60,722 nt of DNA from an uncultured SAR116 cluster alpha proteobacterium (GTDB taxonomy: Bacteria; Pseudomonadota; Alphaproteobacteria; Puniceispirillales; Marisalimonadaceae): NCBI GenBank assembly GCA_902630555.1, contig CACOVB010000001.1, positions 1 to 60,722 of the forward strand. Direction: 5' to 3'. Under the pieces are notes generated by a model that did no database searches, was not told where the DNA came from, and was given only the letters and a program-made list of their open reading frames with translations. Below, piece after piece: positions 50,191 through 60,057 of this stretch (within the stretch, counting starts at the first letter, position 1; the number at the start of each line of letters is the position of its first letter). The position numbers and the translations under genes are program-made.

Positions 50191-50898
50191 ATGAACAATG
50201 AAGTTAAAGATATATATAAAAATGCTAGTGTAGCAACTATTTGCACCGCACTTTTTAAAAAAGGGTTAAAAAATCAATTCATTCAAGGTATTTCGCCTTT
50301 AAACAAAAAAATTTCTAAAATGTTAGGTTTAGCTTTCACAGTAAGATATATTCCTGCAAGAGAAGATTTGAACTCAATTGATGTTTTTAAAGATCCAAAT
50401 CACCCTCAAAGGGTAGCTGTTGAAGAATGTCCAAAAGACTATGTTATGGTGTTTGACAGTAGAAAAGATCCAAGAGCAGCATCCGCGGGATCTATATTAG
50501 TAACGCGAATGATGGTAAGAGAGTGTGCTGGTGTTGTTACTGATGGTGGGTTCAGAGATTCTCATGAAATTAAAAACTTAAACATACCTACTTATCATAA
50601 TAGACCCTCATCACCAACTAATTTAACTTTACATCAAGCAATTGACATTAATGTACCAATTGGTTGCGGTGATGTTGCAGTTTGGCCTAATGATTTAATT
50701 ATAGGAGATCAAGAAGGTGTTGTTGTGGTTCCAAATAGTATTATTACAGATATTTCAAAAGAAGTTAAGTTTATGACAATATATGAAGATTACGTATTAA
50801 ACAAAGTAAAAAAAGGATCCTCTATAAGAGGACTCTACCCACTTACAAATGAAGATGAAAAAAATAATTTTGAAGCTTGGCTTTCTAGGCAAGGTTAA
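50191..50898 (+). CDS. RraA-family protein (HMG/CHA-aldolase / oxaloacetate decarboxylase-like)
   Basis: About 235 aa with SAGSILVTRMM and VVTDGGFRD motifs. ATG 50191 is preferred; the longer ORF from 50146 overlaps the upstream gene. Confidence 0.8.
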   Translation: MNNEVKDIYKNASVATICTALFKKGLKNQFIQGISPLNKKISKMLGLAFTVRYIPAREDLNSIDVFKDPNHPQRVAVEECPKDYVMVFDSRKDPRAASAGSILVTRMMVRECAGVVTDGGFRDSHEIKNLNIPTYHNRPSSPTNLTLHQAIDINVPIGCGDVAVWPNDLIIGDQEGVVVVPNSIITDISKEVKFMTIYEDYVLNKVKKGSSIRGLYPLTNEDEKNNFEAWLSRQG

Positions 50899-50918
50899 AA
50901 AGAAAGGTTTTTTTTATA

Positions 50919-52466
50919 ATGAATAAACTTCAAAGTGATAATTTATTAAATGCATTATGCTTACATGATAATGATAATATTTTAATAACGTTAAAAAATT
51001 TGAATTCTGGAATGGTGCTAAATGAATATGGAATTACAATGGATGCTCCAGCATTATCTGGTCAAAAAATAGCAAGATTTGGCATCGAAAAAGATGATCC
51101 AATAATTAAATATGGAACTGTTATTGGATTTGCAGATTCAAATATTAAGAAAGGACAAGTCTTAACTAATAAGAATGTTCTTTTTAAGGAATTTAACAGA
51201 GAACATAATTATTGTTCAAAATATAAACCTACAAATTATATTGAAAATAATTTGCAAAAAAGTTTTATGGGATATAAACGTCAAGATGGAAGGGTTGGAA
51301 CAAGAAATTATATTGCAATAGTTTCAACAGTAAATTGTTCTGCAACAGTTGTTCATGAAATAGCTTCTTTTTTTACTTCTGAAAAACTTAAAGACTATAA
51401 AAATATAGATGGCGTAGCTGCATTTAGCCATTCAACAGGTTGTGGAATGGAACTTTCAGGTGAACCTATGAATCTCTTATACAGAACATTGGGAGGCTAT
51501 ATCAAACATCCAAATGTTGCAGCAACTTTAGTTGTTGGTTTGGGATGCGAAAGATGTCAAGTGGGAGGCTTATTTCAAAATCAGAAGCTTGATCAAGATG
51601 ATCCTTTTGTTGAAACTTTAATTATGCAAGAAAATGGAGGCACCTCTTCAACTATAAAAGCTGGAATTGAAATTGTAAAAAAAATGCTTGATAAAGTTAA
51701 CGATTATAAAAGAGTTATTACACCTGTATCTTCTTTAATGGTAGGTCTTCAATGTGGAGGTTCTGATGCATTTTCTTCTTTAACAGCAAATCCTGCATTG
51801 GGAAAAGCGGTTGACTTATTAGTTGAAAATGGAGGAACTGCAGTATTATCTGAAACTCCTGAGATTTATGGAGTAGAACATACCCTTACTGCTAGAGCTA
51901 TTAATGTAAGTGTAGCTGAAAAGCTTATGGAAAGAGTAGATTGGTGGAAAAATGTGTATTCAAAAGGTAGAGACGTACAAATAAATGGAGTTGTAAGTCC
52001 AGGCAATCAAATGGGAGGTCTTGCTAATATTTTAGAAAAATCTCTTGGATCTGCAATGAAAGGTGGGTCAACTGGCTTAATGGAAGTCTATAAATATGCT
52101 GAAAGAATAACTGAAAGAGGGTTTGTTTTTATGGACACCCCAGGTTTTGATCCAGTTTCAGCAACTGGTCAGATTGCTGGAGGAGCAAATTTGATTGCTT
52201 TTACTACAGGTAGAGGTTCTTGTTTTGGTGCAAAGCCATCACCATCAATAAAATTAGCTACAAATACTATATTATTCAATAAAATGAAAGAAGATATGGA
52301 TATTAATTGTGGGAAAATTGTTGATGGAATTTTGTCATTAGACGAAATGGGAGAAGAAATTTTCAACTATTTTATTGATGTTGCTTCTGGCAAAAAAACT
52401 AAAAGTGAAATTCTATCCTTAGGCAGACACGAATTTGCACCATGGCAAATTGGAATAACAGGCTAA
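50919..52466 (+). CDS. UxaA/GarD-family sugar-acid dehydratase (altronate/galactarate dehydratase-like)
   Basis: N-terminal SAF domain (GQKIARFGIEKDDPIIKYGTVIGFA..IKKGQ), then NCSATVV, HSTGCG, GLGCERCQ, GLQCGGSDAFS, and FTTGRGS. Confidence 0.85.
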   Translation: MNKLQSDNLLNALCLHDNDNILITLKNLNSGMVLNEYGITMDAPALSGQKIARFGIEKDDPIIKYGTVIGFADSNIKKGQVLTNKNVLFKEFNREHNYCSKYKPTNYIENNLQKSFMGYKRQDGRVGTRNYIAIVSTVNCSATVVHEIASFFTSEKLKDYKNIDGVAAFSHSTGCGMELSGEPMNLLYRTLGGYIKHPNVAATLVVGLGCERCQVGGLFQNQKLDQDDPFVETLIMQENGGTSSTIKAGIEIVKKMLDKVNDYKRVITPVSSLMVGLQCGGSDAFSSLTANPALGKAVDLLVENGGTAVLSETPEIYGVEHTLTARAINVSVAEKLMERVDWWKNVYSKGRDVQINGVVSPGNQMGGLANILEKSLGSAMKGGSTGLMEVYKYAERITERGFVFMDTPGFDPVSATGQIAGGANLIAFTTGRGSCFGAKPSPSIKLATNTILFNKMKEDMDINCGKIVDGILSLDEMGEEIFNYFIDVASGKKTKSEILSLGRHEFAPWQIGITG

Positions 52467-53753
52467 TTAAATCTCAAAAACTGAAAAAATTTCTAAATGA
52501 CTTGTATAAAGAAATTGGTCAATTGGTAAAATATATTTTATTTTATAACCATAGGATAATAGGATTATTGAATCTCTTAAAAATGTTTGAATATTGCAAG
52601 AAATGTAAATTATTTTTTTCACCTTTGATTTTCCGAGTGAAGTTACTTGTGTAATTGCTCCTGCTCTTGGAGGGTCAAGTATAACCATATCAAAATTTTG
52701 AAAAAAATGAGTTTCAATTCTCTCTTTTGTTAAATTAGAAATATTATACTTAAAATTATTAAATAAATTTTGTTCTTTTGAACTTTTTATTAAAGATTCT
52801 ATAGAACTCTTATTATTGTCAATTGCATACACGTTATAACTATTTTTTAAAAGTGGTAGTGTGAAAGTTCCTGAACCGGAATAAAGATCTAACACATGGT
52901 TATTTTTATTTTGAATTTCATTTAATATATTTTTTATCAATTCATTTTCAGCAAGTTTGGTGGATTGAAAAAAACCAGCTGGTGGAATAAGGCCATATAC
53001 GTTATCTTTACCAAAACTAAGTTTATTTTTATTATAAAATAAAATTAATTCTGGATTTTGGTTATTCTGCTGATAATAAATACTTATTATTTTTGATTTA
53101 AAATTTTTAAAAATATTAATTAAATCATTTATTCTTAAGGACTTTTTGGTTTGGATAAGGATGTCTAGACCGTAATCTAATTTATTAACATGAAAAATTA
53201 AAATTTCGTTAGTCAAAAAACTTTTATTAAAAGCGTTTTTAACTTCAGACATAAATTCCATGATTTCAGGATCTATTATAATACAATTGTTAATGTTAAT
53301 TAAAGTTTCTGATTTATATTTTTTAAAACCTAATTTACAGCTATTATTGTCTTGCCTTAAAAAAAATTTTGCTCTCCTTCGAGAATAATTATCAGCACTA
53401 ATCATATCAAGAGTTTTAATGTCAGGAGTTAATTTAAGAAGTGGTTGTCTAATTAAGTTGAATTTCCATTGCTTATAGTTTTCATATTGCCAATGTTGTA
53501 ATAAACAACCACCACATTTTGTAAAATGTTCACAAGTTTTATTACATCTATCGGAGGAGTTTTCTAGTATTTCTAAATTAGAACAATACATCTTTGATTT
53601 AAATTTATTTATAATGTTGGCCTTAACTCTCTCGCCAGGAAGAGTATAAGGTACTAAACAAACATTTTCATTTTGCATTAATGAAATCCCAATACCAGAA
53701 TTGTCTAACTTATCAATAAATAAGTTAATTGCAGTATCAGTTCGTTTATGCAT
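52467..53753 (-). CDS. RumA/RlmD-family SAM-dependent RNA (uracil-C5) methyltransferase with Fe-S cluster cysteines
   Basis: TRAM-like N-terminus, cysteine cluster CEHFTKCGGCLLQH, SAM motif DLYSGSGTFTLPL, DPPRAGA, and catalytic YISCN. Confidence 0.85.
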   Translation of the reverse strand: MHKRTDTAINLFIDKLDNSGIGISLMQNENVCLVPYTLPGERVKANIINKFKSKMYCSNLEILENSSDRCNKTCEHFTKCGGCLLQHWQYENYKQWKFNLIRQPLLKLTPDIKTLDMISADNYSRRRAKFFLRQDNNSCKLGFKKYKSETLININNCIIIDPEIMEFMSEVKNAFNKSFLTNEILIFHVNKLDYGLDILIQTKKSLRINDLINIFKNFKSKIISIYYQQNNQNPELILFYNKNKLSFGKDNVYGLIPPAGFFQSTKLAENELIKNILNEIQNKNNHVLDLYSGSGTFTLPLLKNSYNVYAIDNNKSSIESLIKSSKEQNLFNNFKYNISNLTKERIETHFFQNFDMVILDPPRAGAITQVTSLGKSKVKKIIYISCNIQTFLRDSIILLSYGYKIKYILPIDQFLYTSHLEIFSVFEI

Positions 53754-54399
53754 TTTGGTTATTAAATTTTTCTAAGCTTCCTAGGAAAACAACTTTAGAG
53801 TGAATGACTAAACTTTTACTATCTATTCTAAAGGGTCTAAAATTGGTGTCATACGGTCTAACAATAACTTTAGAAGATTGTAAATTCTCTGATTTATCTT
53901 CACTTAAATGTACTAAGAAAATTTCACTTTTATCTTGTAGTAAGTAAAAATTATTATCTAAAAAACTAGATACATTTTTATCAAATATAATTTTTACTGA
54001 ATAATAATTATTATTTTGTTTAATTTTAAGTTCAGTTAATTCTATAAGATTAATATTAAAATGTGTATAATTATCAAATAAAGATGATGAAATTTTTATT
54101 TCTTTGTTTTTTGATATATTTTGGAAAGTTAATAAGTCTTCATCATTATAAGTGGTAACTTTAAGCCAATCTGGAGTAAGTAAATTAATATCTAAATTAA
54201 TAATATCAGATAACATCTTCCTTTCCTCTTCTGGAAGAAAAGATGGACTACCTCTTGAAATATATTGCTGTAGATAAGCATCATTTTTTTTTAATTTCCT
54301 TGATAAATCTCTTAAGTTTAACTGTTTATTTTGCTTAATAAAAAAACTCAATTTCTTTCTAATAGAGTTTAAATGTTTTTGTCTTTCATTATTTTTCAT
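53746..54399 (-). CDS. Hypothetical HTH protein with cI/LexA-like (S24-fold-like) C-terminal domain
   Basis: N-terminal XRE/cI-like HTH (LNLRDLSRKLKKNDAYLQQYISRG). The C-terminal beta-rich segment ends in VIVRPYDTNFRPFRIDSKSLVIHSKVVFLGS, resembling the end of S24 peptidase domains. I cannot place the catalytic Ser/Lys. Confidence 0.45.
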   Translation of the reverse strand: MKNNERQKHLNSIRKKLSFFIKQNKQLNLRDLSRKLKKNDAYLQQYISRGSPSFLPEEERKMLSDIINLDINLLTPDWLKVTTYNDEDLLTFQNISKNKEIKISSSLFDNYTHFNINLIELTELKIKQNNNYYSVKIIFDKNVSSFLDNNFYLLQDKSEIFLVHLSEDKSENLQSSKVIVRPYDTNFRPFRIDSKSLVIHSKVVFLGSLEKFNNQNA

Positions 54400-54402
54400 G
54401 TT

Positions 54403-55368
54403 TTAGTTAACTCGACTCAAGCTACTATTAGCTAGTTCTATAAGAGCTTTTTTGTAATCATTTTCTGAAAACTCATTTAATGCATTTATTGCTTTAATTA
54501 CAAAATCATTAGCAATTTTTTTACATAAGTTCAAAATTGAGTATTTTTTTAAAATTTCACAACATTTTTCAAAATCACATTTTTCCTGTTTTAATTCCTG
54601 TAATGATTTAAGAAAAAATTCACGTTCAAGTTTATTACTTTTCTCCCAAGCAAGAATGATTGGTAATGTTGTTTTACCAAGCTTGAAATCATCACCTTGA
54701 TTTTTTCCCATCTGAGTTTTTGAAGAAGAATAGTCCATAATATCATCTATTATTTGAAAAGCTAAACCCATATTATAGCCGTAATCAAAAGCAGCTTTTA
54801 CTTGTTGCAATGAGCCATTAGCAACTATTGCTCCTGATTGTGCAGACGCACCAAACAATTGAGCAGTTTTTCCTCCAATAACATCAAAATAGTCAGATAT
54901 TTTTGTATTTGGTTTATTAGAAATTTGCATTTGTAAAAACTCTCCTTGAGTGATTTTACAAGACGCTTGAGCCAGAACTGATAACGCTTTTAGGGATTTA
55001 GTTTCAACCATAAGGTCAAAAGATTGTGCAAATAGAAAATCACCTGCTAAAACAGATGCTTCATTTCCCCATATTATATTTGCACTTTTAATTCCACGCC
55101 TTAAATTAGACTGGTCAACTACATCATCATGCAATAATGTTGCTGTATGAATAAACTCGACTGCAGTTGCAAGTAAAATTGGGTTTCTACTGAAATCATC
55201 TAATTGTGCTGACATTGCTAAAGTTAATGAAGGTCTAATTCTTTTACCCTTAACTTTAATCAAATGAGATCCGATTTTAGATAATAAAGGTACTGTTGCA
55301 TCTAATCGCATTAAAATTTCTTCATCAACTTTATGTAAAGATTTTTTAAGTAGATTATTCAAATTCAT
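54403..55368 (-). CDS. ispB: Polyprenyl (octaprenyl) diphosphate synthase
   Basis: First DDxxD in TLLHDDVVD, second in FQIIDDIMD; about 320 aa. Confidence 0.9.
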   Translation of the reverse strand: MNLNNLLKKSLHKVDEEILMRLDATVPLLSKIGSHLIKVKGKRIRPSLTLAMSAQLDDFSRNPILLATAVEFIHTATLLHDDVVDQSNLRRGIKSANIIWGNEASVLAGDFLFAQSFDLMVETKSLKALSVLAQASCKITQGEFLQMQISNKPNTKISDYFDVIGGKTAQLFGASAQSGAIVANGSLQQVKAAFDYGYNMGLAFQIIDDIMDYSSSKTQMGKNQGDDFKLGKTTLPIILAWEKSNKLEREFFLKSLQELKQEKCDFEKCCEILKKYSILNLCKKIANDFVIKAINALNEFSENDYKKALIELANSSLSRVN

Positions 55369-55513
55369 TTTTACCTCTAAAAATATAATAATTAGTTTAA
55401 AAAAAATATCTATCTAATATGTATGCAATGTATCTATTAAATTTGTATTTTAATTGTGTTAATAACTGATTTAATATATTCATAAAGGTATCTTATTGGA
55501 GAGATTTAAATAT

Positions 55514-56320
55514 ATGAAATTTTTTAAATTTAAAAAAACTAATGTAGTTTCTTTGATCAATTTTACAGGCATAATCGCGCCAAATATGGGTAGAAAAAAA
55601 GGATTAAATATTCAAGATTATAATAAATTAATTGAACAAGCATTTCAAAATAAACGCAATAAGGCAGTTATTTTGGTTATCAATTCACCTGGTGGTTCAC
55701 CTGTACAATCCGAGTTTTTAGCAGATAGAATAATTAGTTTATCAAAGGAAAAAAATATTCCAGTTATCACTTTTGTAGAAGATGTTGCAGCATCTGGAGG
55801 TTATTGGTTAGCTTGTGCCGCAGATGAAATTTTTGCAAGTAAAGCGTCAATTATTGGTTCAATAGGTGTTATATCTGCAGGTTTTGGATTTGATAAAGCA
55901 TTAAATAAAATTGGTGTTGATAGAAGAGTCTATACATCTGGAAAAAATAAATCTTTGTTAGATCCATTTTCGCCGGAAAACAAAGATGAGGTAAAAAGGT
56001 TAAAAAACTTACAAGAGAAATTACATGAGCATTTCATTTCATTTATAAAATTAAGAAGAGGAAAAAAAATTGATTTAAAGAATAAAGATCTATTTACCGG
56101 GATGTTTTGGTCAGGTAAAGAAGCTTTAGAACTTGGACTTATTGATGGGATAGGACAGGTTAATTCTATTCTTAAAGATAGATTTGGAAATGATGTAAAA
56201 ATTAAAGAGTTTCAAAATAAGAAAAGATTTTTTGATTTAGGAAACTTAATTAGTATAACATTTGAGGTTATTTCAAATAAAATTGAAGAAAAACTGATAT
56301 TTAAAAAGTTTGGACTATAA
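55514..56320 (+). CDS. S49 family peptidase (SppA 36K/SohB-like)
   Basis: ILVINSPGGSPVQSE, AASGGYWLACAAD, GSIGV. ATG 55514 is preferred over TTG 55496; GGAGAG lies about 10 nt upstream. Confidence 0.85.
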   Translation: MKFFKFKKTNVVSLINFTGIIAPNMGRKKGLNIQDYNKLIEQAFQNKRNKAVILVINSPGGSPVQSEFLADRIISLSKEKNIPVITFVEDVAASGGYWLACAADEIFASKASIIGSIGVISAGFGFDKALNKIGVDRRVYTSGKNKSLLDPFSPENKDEVKRLKNLQEKLHEHFISFIKLRRGKKIDLKNKDLFTGMFWSGKEALELGLIDGIGQVNSILKDRFGNDVKIKEFQNKKRFFDLGNLISITFEVISNKIEEKLIFKKFGL

Positions 56321-56517
56321 TGTTTTCGATAGGTAAAATTTTCACGTTAATTATTATATTATTGGCTATATCTTTTATATTCAAAATTTTTTCAAAAAAG
56401 CGAAAACCTTCCAAGGTAAATGACCCTAAAAATTTGGATGTATCTAAGTGTCCTTCATGTGGTGTATGGACTTCAGAAAAAATTTGTACTAATAATAATT
56501 GCCCATCAAACAACTAA
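56320..56517 (+). CDS. Small membrane-anchored Cys4 (zinc-ribbon-like) protein, 65 aa
   Basis: One N-terminal TM helix, a basic linker, and C-terminal CPSCGVWTSEKICTNNNC. Its start overlaps the S49 stop (TAATG). It is co-directional with the flanking genes and ends 10 nt before glyQ. Confidence 0.5.
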   Translation: MFSIGKIFTLIIILLAISFIFKIFSKKRKPSKVNDPKNLDVSKCPSCGVWTSEKICTNNNCPSNN

Positions 56518-56527
56518 AATTTAAATT

Positions 56528-57409
56528 ATGCAAAAGTTATCATTTCAAGAAATTATATTAAAACTTTTAAATTTTTGGTCTAAACAAGGATGCACAATTT
56601 TACAACCGTATGACATGGAAGTTGGTGCTGGGACTTTTCACCCAGCTACTGCTTTGAATGTTTTAGGACCAAACCCTTTATGGAAAGTTGCTTATGTACA
56701 GCCTTGTAGACGTCCAACAGATGGCAGATATGGAGAAAACCCAAACAGACTTCAGCATTATTACCAATTTCAAGTTATTATTCAGCCATCTCCAGATAAC
56801 ATACAAGATTTATATCTTAAGAGTTTAAAAGATATTAATTTAGATCATCTTAAGCATGACATTAGATTTGTTGAGGATGATTGGGAAAGTCCTACATTAG
56901 GAGCGGCTGGTTTAGGCTGGGAAGTTTGGTGTGATGGAATGGAAGTTAGTCAATTTACTTATTTTCAGCAAGTTGGAGGTTTTGAGGTAAGGCCTGTTGC
57001 GGTTGAAATAACTTATGGACTTGAAAGATTGGCAATGTTCATTCAGGAGTTAGATGACGTATACTCAATTGATTTTAATGGTCTTCCTAAATCATCCGGT
57101 GGAAAGAGTTATGGAGACATTTTCAAAGATGCAGAAAAGGAATACTCAGAGTATAATTTTGAAAAAGCAAATGTAGATAAATTATTCAATGAATTTGATA
57201 ATTGTGTCAAAGAATGCAATGATTTGATTAGTTCAGAAAAACCATTAGTTAAACCCGCATATGATCAATGTATAAAGGCAAGTCATATATTTAATTTATT
57301 GGATGCTAGAGGTGTTATTTCTGTTTCTGAAAGACAAGCTTATATCCTAAAAGTTAGAAATATGAGTAAAACGTGTTGCTCTGAATGGATAAAAAGACAT
57401 GAAAATTAG
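56528..57409 (+). CDS. glyQ: Glycine--tRNA ligase alpha subunit
   Basis: [65 protein letters not shown]. Confidence 0.97.
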   Translation: MQKLSFQEIILKLLNFWSKQGCTILQPYDMEVGAGTFHPATALNVLGPNPLWKVAYVQPCRRPTDGRYGENPNRLQHYYQFQVIIQPSPDNIQDLYLKSLKDINLDHLKHDIRFVEDDWESPTLGAAGLGWEVWCDGMEVSQFTYFQQVGGFEVRPVAVEITYGLERLAMFIQELDDVYSIDFNGLPKSSGGKSYGDIFKDAEKEYSEYNFEKANVDKLFNEFDNCVKECNDLISSEKPLVKPAYDQCIKASHIFNLLDARGVISVSERQAYILKVRNMSKTCCSEWIKRHEN

Positions 57410-59477
57410 AAAAGTAAATTGTTTAATTGATTTTTTTTCAGAAGAAATTCCTGCCTCTATGCAACTATTTTTAGAAAAGGAATTAAACCTTTTATTTGAA
57501 AAAGTGTTAAACAAAGTATTACTTAGTTATGAAAAAATTGAGATTTTAAGTTCACCTAGACATCACGGTGTATTAATTCATAACATTGATAATATACAAA
57601 AGGATCAAAGTTTAGATATAAAAGGTCCTAGGATTGATGCTCCAAAATTAGCAATTGAAGGTTTTTTAAAAACAAACAAAACTACATTAAAAAAATTAAC
57701 TGTAAATAAAACAAGTAAAGGTCAATTTTATTTTCATAAAAAATTTATTAAAGGTAAAAATCTCTCGCAATTGATTACTGAAATTATTCAAGAAGTGTGT
57801 ACTTCAATAAGTTGGCCTAAAAGTCAAAGGTGGGGTTATTCAGATTTGAAATGGGGTAGGCCATTAAGAAATATAATGGTGTTAATTGATAAATCATGTG
57901 TAAATGGCAAAATTAAAATAAATGATCATGATTTTATAAAATTTAAAAATTACACTTTCGGGCATAGATCTTTAAATAAAAAAGTAAAAGTAAATTCAGT
58001 AGAAGATTTTATTAATACTATGAAAAATTCATATGTATTTGTTAATAGGCTTCAAAGAAAAAAAGCCATTGAAATGCAAATATCTAAAATTTCAAAAAAA
58101 TTAAATCTCAATTATTATAGAGATGATAGCCTTTTGAATGAAGTCACAGGTTTAGTTGAATTTCCAAATGTATTAGTTGGTAAAATTGATAAACAATACA
58201 TGAAATTACCATTTGAAATTTTATCAATAGTTATGAAGGTTCATCAAAAATATTTTTCACTTGTTGATAATTCTAAGAACATGGCACCTTATTTTCTCGT
58301 TGTCTCAAATTTAACACCTAATAATCAAACTGATAAAAATGTAGTTAAAGGTAATGAAAGAGTGCTAAGAGCCAGACTATCTGATGCCCTCTTCTTCTGG
58401 GAGTATGACTGTAAAAATGATTTTTCATCTTATCTCAATAAACTTAAAACAATTATTTTTTATGAGGGTCTTGGTAATCTATATGATAGAAGTTTAAGAT
58501 TATCGAAAATTAATGAAAAAATTGGTCCTTTATTTAATATTAATGACAATAAAAAATTGAACGAACTTGGCTTATATTCAAAATTAGATTTAAGTTCAAA
58601 TTTAGTTGGTGAATTTCCTGAACTTCAAGGAACTATGTTGAAATATTTAGCTAAAATAAATGGTTTCAGTAAGGACATGCAATTTGCTTTTGAAGACCAG
58701 TACAAACCAATTGGTTTAAATAAAAATATGCCAAGAAATAAATTAGGTTCTATTTTATCAGTTAGTAATAATATTGATACATTGAGCTGTTTTTTTTCTA
58801 TTGGTTTAATACCAACAGGCTCTAGAGATCCATTTGCTTTAAGAAGGTCAGGAAATAGTTTGATTAATGTTTTGTGGCATGAAAGTAATACACTTAGCCT
58901 AGATCAAATAATTAATTCACTTGATAAAAAACTTAGCAAGGAAGTCAAACTCATAAATGAAATAAAAATTTTTTTAATTGATAGGTTATATAATTTTCTT
59001 ATCGAAAAAGGGTTTAGATCAGATAAGTTATCTGCAATAATTTCAAAAGATAATATTGGTCAAAAGACTTTTTTAGAAATTAAGAGTGAATTAAAGGCAT
59101 TGGGTAAAATTTTAAATACTAATAGTGGAATTAAATTTATTTCAAACTTCAAAAGAATTTACAATATAACCAAAAAGTCTGAAACACTGCCAAATTCTTT
59201 AAAAATAAAAGAGGAATTGTTTGTGTTAAAAGAAGAAATGCAATTATATAAATTTTTAACTAAATTATCAAAAAGTAATAAAATTAGTTCAGTATTAAGT
59301 TCAAATAAAATTCAATTAGATCATTTTAATGAATTCAATTCTATAATTGAAAAGTTTTTTGATAATGTTTTAGTAAATGATAAAAAAACACAAATCAAGA
59401 ATAACCGAATAAAACTTTTAGAAAATATCAAGCTTAATTTTGAAAAGATTTGTAAATTTCAATTATTAAAAATTTAA
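57399..59477 (+). CDS. glyS: Glycine--tRNA ligase beta subunit
   Basis: About 690 aa, overlaps glyQ by 11 nt. Motifs [38 protein letters not shown]. Confidence 0.93.
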   Translation: MKIRKVNCLIDFFSEEIPASMQLFLEKELNLLFEKVLNKVLLSYEKIEILSSPRHHGVLIHNIDNIQKDQSLDIKGPRIDAPKLAIEGFLKTNKTTLKKLTVNKTSKGQFYFHKKFIKGKNLSQLITEIIQEVCTSISWPKSQRWGYSDLKWGRPLRNIMVLIDKSCVNGKIKINDHDFIKFKNYTFGHRSLNKKVKVNSVEDFINTMKNSYVFVNRLQRKKAIEMQISKISKKLNLNYYRDDSLLNEVTGLVEFPNVLVGKIDKQYMKLPFEILSIVMKVHQKYFSLVDNSKNMAPYFLVVSNLTPNNQTDKNVVKGNERVLRARLSDALFFWEYDCKNDFSSYLNKLKTIIFYEGLGNLYDRSLRLSKINEKIGPLFNINDNKKLNELGLYSKLDLSSNLVGEFPELQGTMLKYLAKINGFSKDMQFAFEDQYKPIGLNKNMPRNKLGSILSVSNNIDTLSCFFSIGLIPTGSRDPFALRRSGNSLINVLWHESNTLSLDQIINSLDKKLSKEVKLINEIKIFLIDRLYNFLIEKGFRSDKLSAIISKDNIGQKTFLEIKSELKALGKILNTNSGIKFISNFKRIYNITKKSETLPNSLKIKEELFVLKEEMQLYKFLTKLSKSNKISSVLSSNKIQLDHFNEFNSIIEKFFDNVLVNDKKTQIKNNRIKLLENIKLNFEKICKFQLLKI

Positions 59478-59699
59478 TTATTTTTTACTTAGACCAGAGA
59501 ATCTTTTATTAAACCTAGCAACTTGCCCGCCAGAATCCATTATTCTATGTTGACCTGTCCATGCAGGGTGAGATGCTGGATCAATGTCTAATTTAAGAGT
59601 ATCCCCTTTTTTACCCCAAGTTGACTTTGTTATATATTTTGTTCCATCTGTCATTTCTATATTAATTTCATGATAGTCTGGATGTATATCTTTTTTCAT
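59478..59699 (-). CDS. rpmE: 50S ribosomal protein L31
   Basis: [18 protein letters not shown], and [14 protein letters not shown] Shine-Dalgarno upstream. Confidence 0.95.
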   Translation of the reverse strand: MKKDIHPDYHEINIEMTDGTKYITKSTWGKKGDTLKLDIDPASHPAWTGQHRIMDSGGQVARFNKRFSGLSKK

Positions 59700-59751
59700 A
59701 ATTACCTCGAATATTTTGTATATGAATGTAATTTAAAAAAAAATCAAGTTT

Positions 59752-60057
59752 TTACTTAAACTTTTTAAAAAGTTTTTTTAACATGCTTCTTTCAAATGAA
59801 AGAAAATAATTAAATTCACCAAATATTGTGGCAATTGAAATTAGGACTAATTGATATAATGGGAAAATAATAATTATTCTTAAAAATAATAGAATAAACG
59901 TATTTTCTACAATTTTATTTATTTTAATCAAATTAATAATAGGTTCTGATAAAATTAAAGTTAAAGACCCGCTTATACCAAATATTATGAATATTAGTAT
60001 CAGATGATTTAAGGATTTAGCCTTAAAATATTTGATAAATTTAATTATCATTATCAA
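59752..60057 (-). CDS. Small membrane protein, DUF6787-like
   Basis: Two to three TM helices. FPLYQLVLISIATIFGEFNYFLSFERSMLKKL resembles the conserved C-terminus of a small-membrane-protein family I recall as DUF6787. Confidence 0.5.
   Translation of the reverse strand: MIMIIKFIKYFKAKSLNHLILIFIIFGISGSLTLILSEPIINLIKINKIVENTFILLFLRIIIIFPLYQLVLISIATIFGEFNYFLSFERSMLKKLFKKFK

Noticed and set aside
48398-52500. Idea that the sugar-acid triad is a tRNA-targeted genomic island
   Set aside because: I found no integrase or recombinase. I could spot no direct repeat of the tRNA 3' end (GGTTCGAGTCCTGCCGGGACCA) near 52.4-52.7 kb or elsewhere in the window. The genes look compositionally like their neighbours by eye. 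Only comparison with related genomes could show whether the triad is variable.
52442-52654. 70-aa plus-strand ORF running from the end of the UxaA-like gene into the RumA-like gene
   Set aside because: It is antisense to the conserved catalytic C-terminus of the methyltransferase (YISCN region). It has no SD and no recognisable features.
56301-56513. 70-aa minus-strand ORF opposite the Cys4 mini-protein
   Set aside because: It runs against the orientation of the surrounding S49-glyQS unit and has no TM helix, motif or SD. The plus-strand ORF has a TM helix, a Cys4 pattern and a coupled start, so I kept that one.
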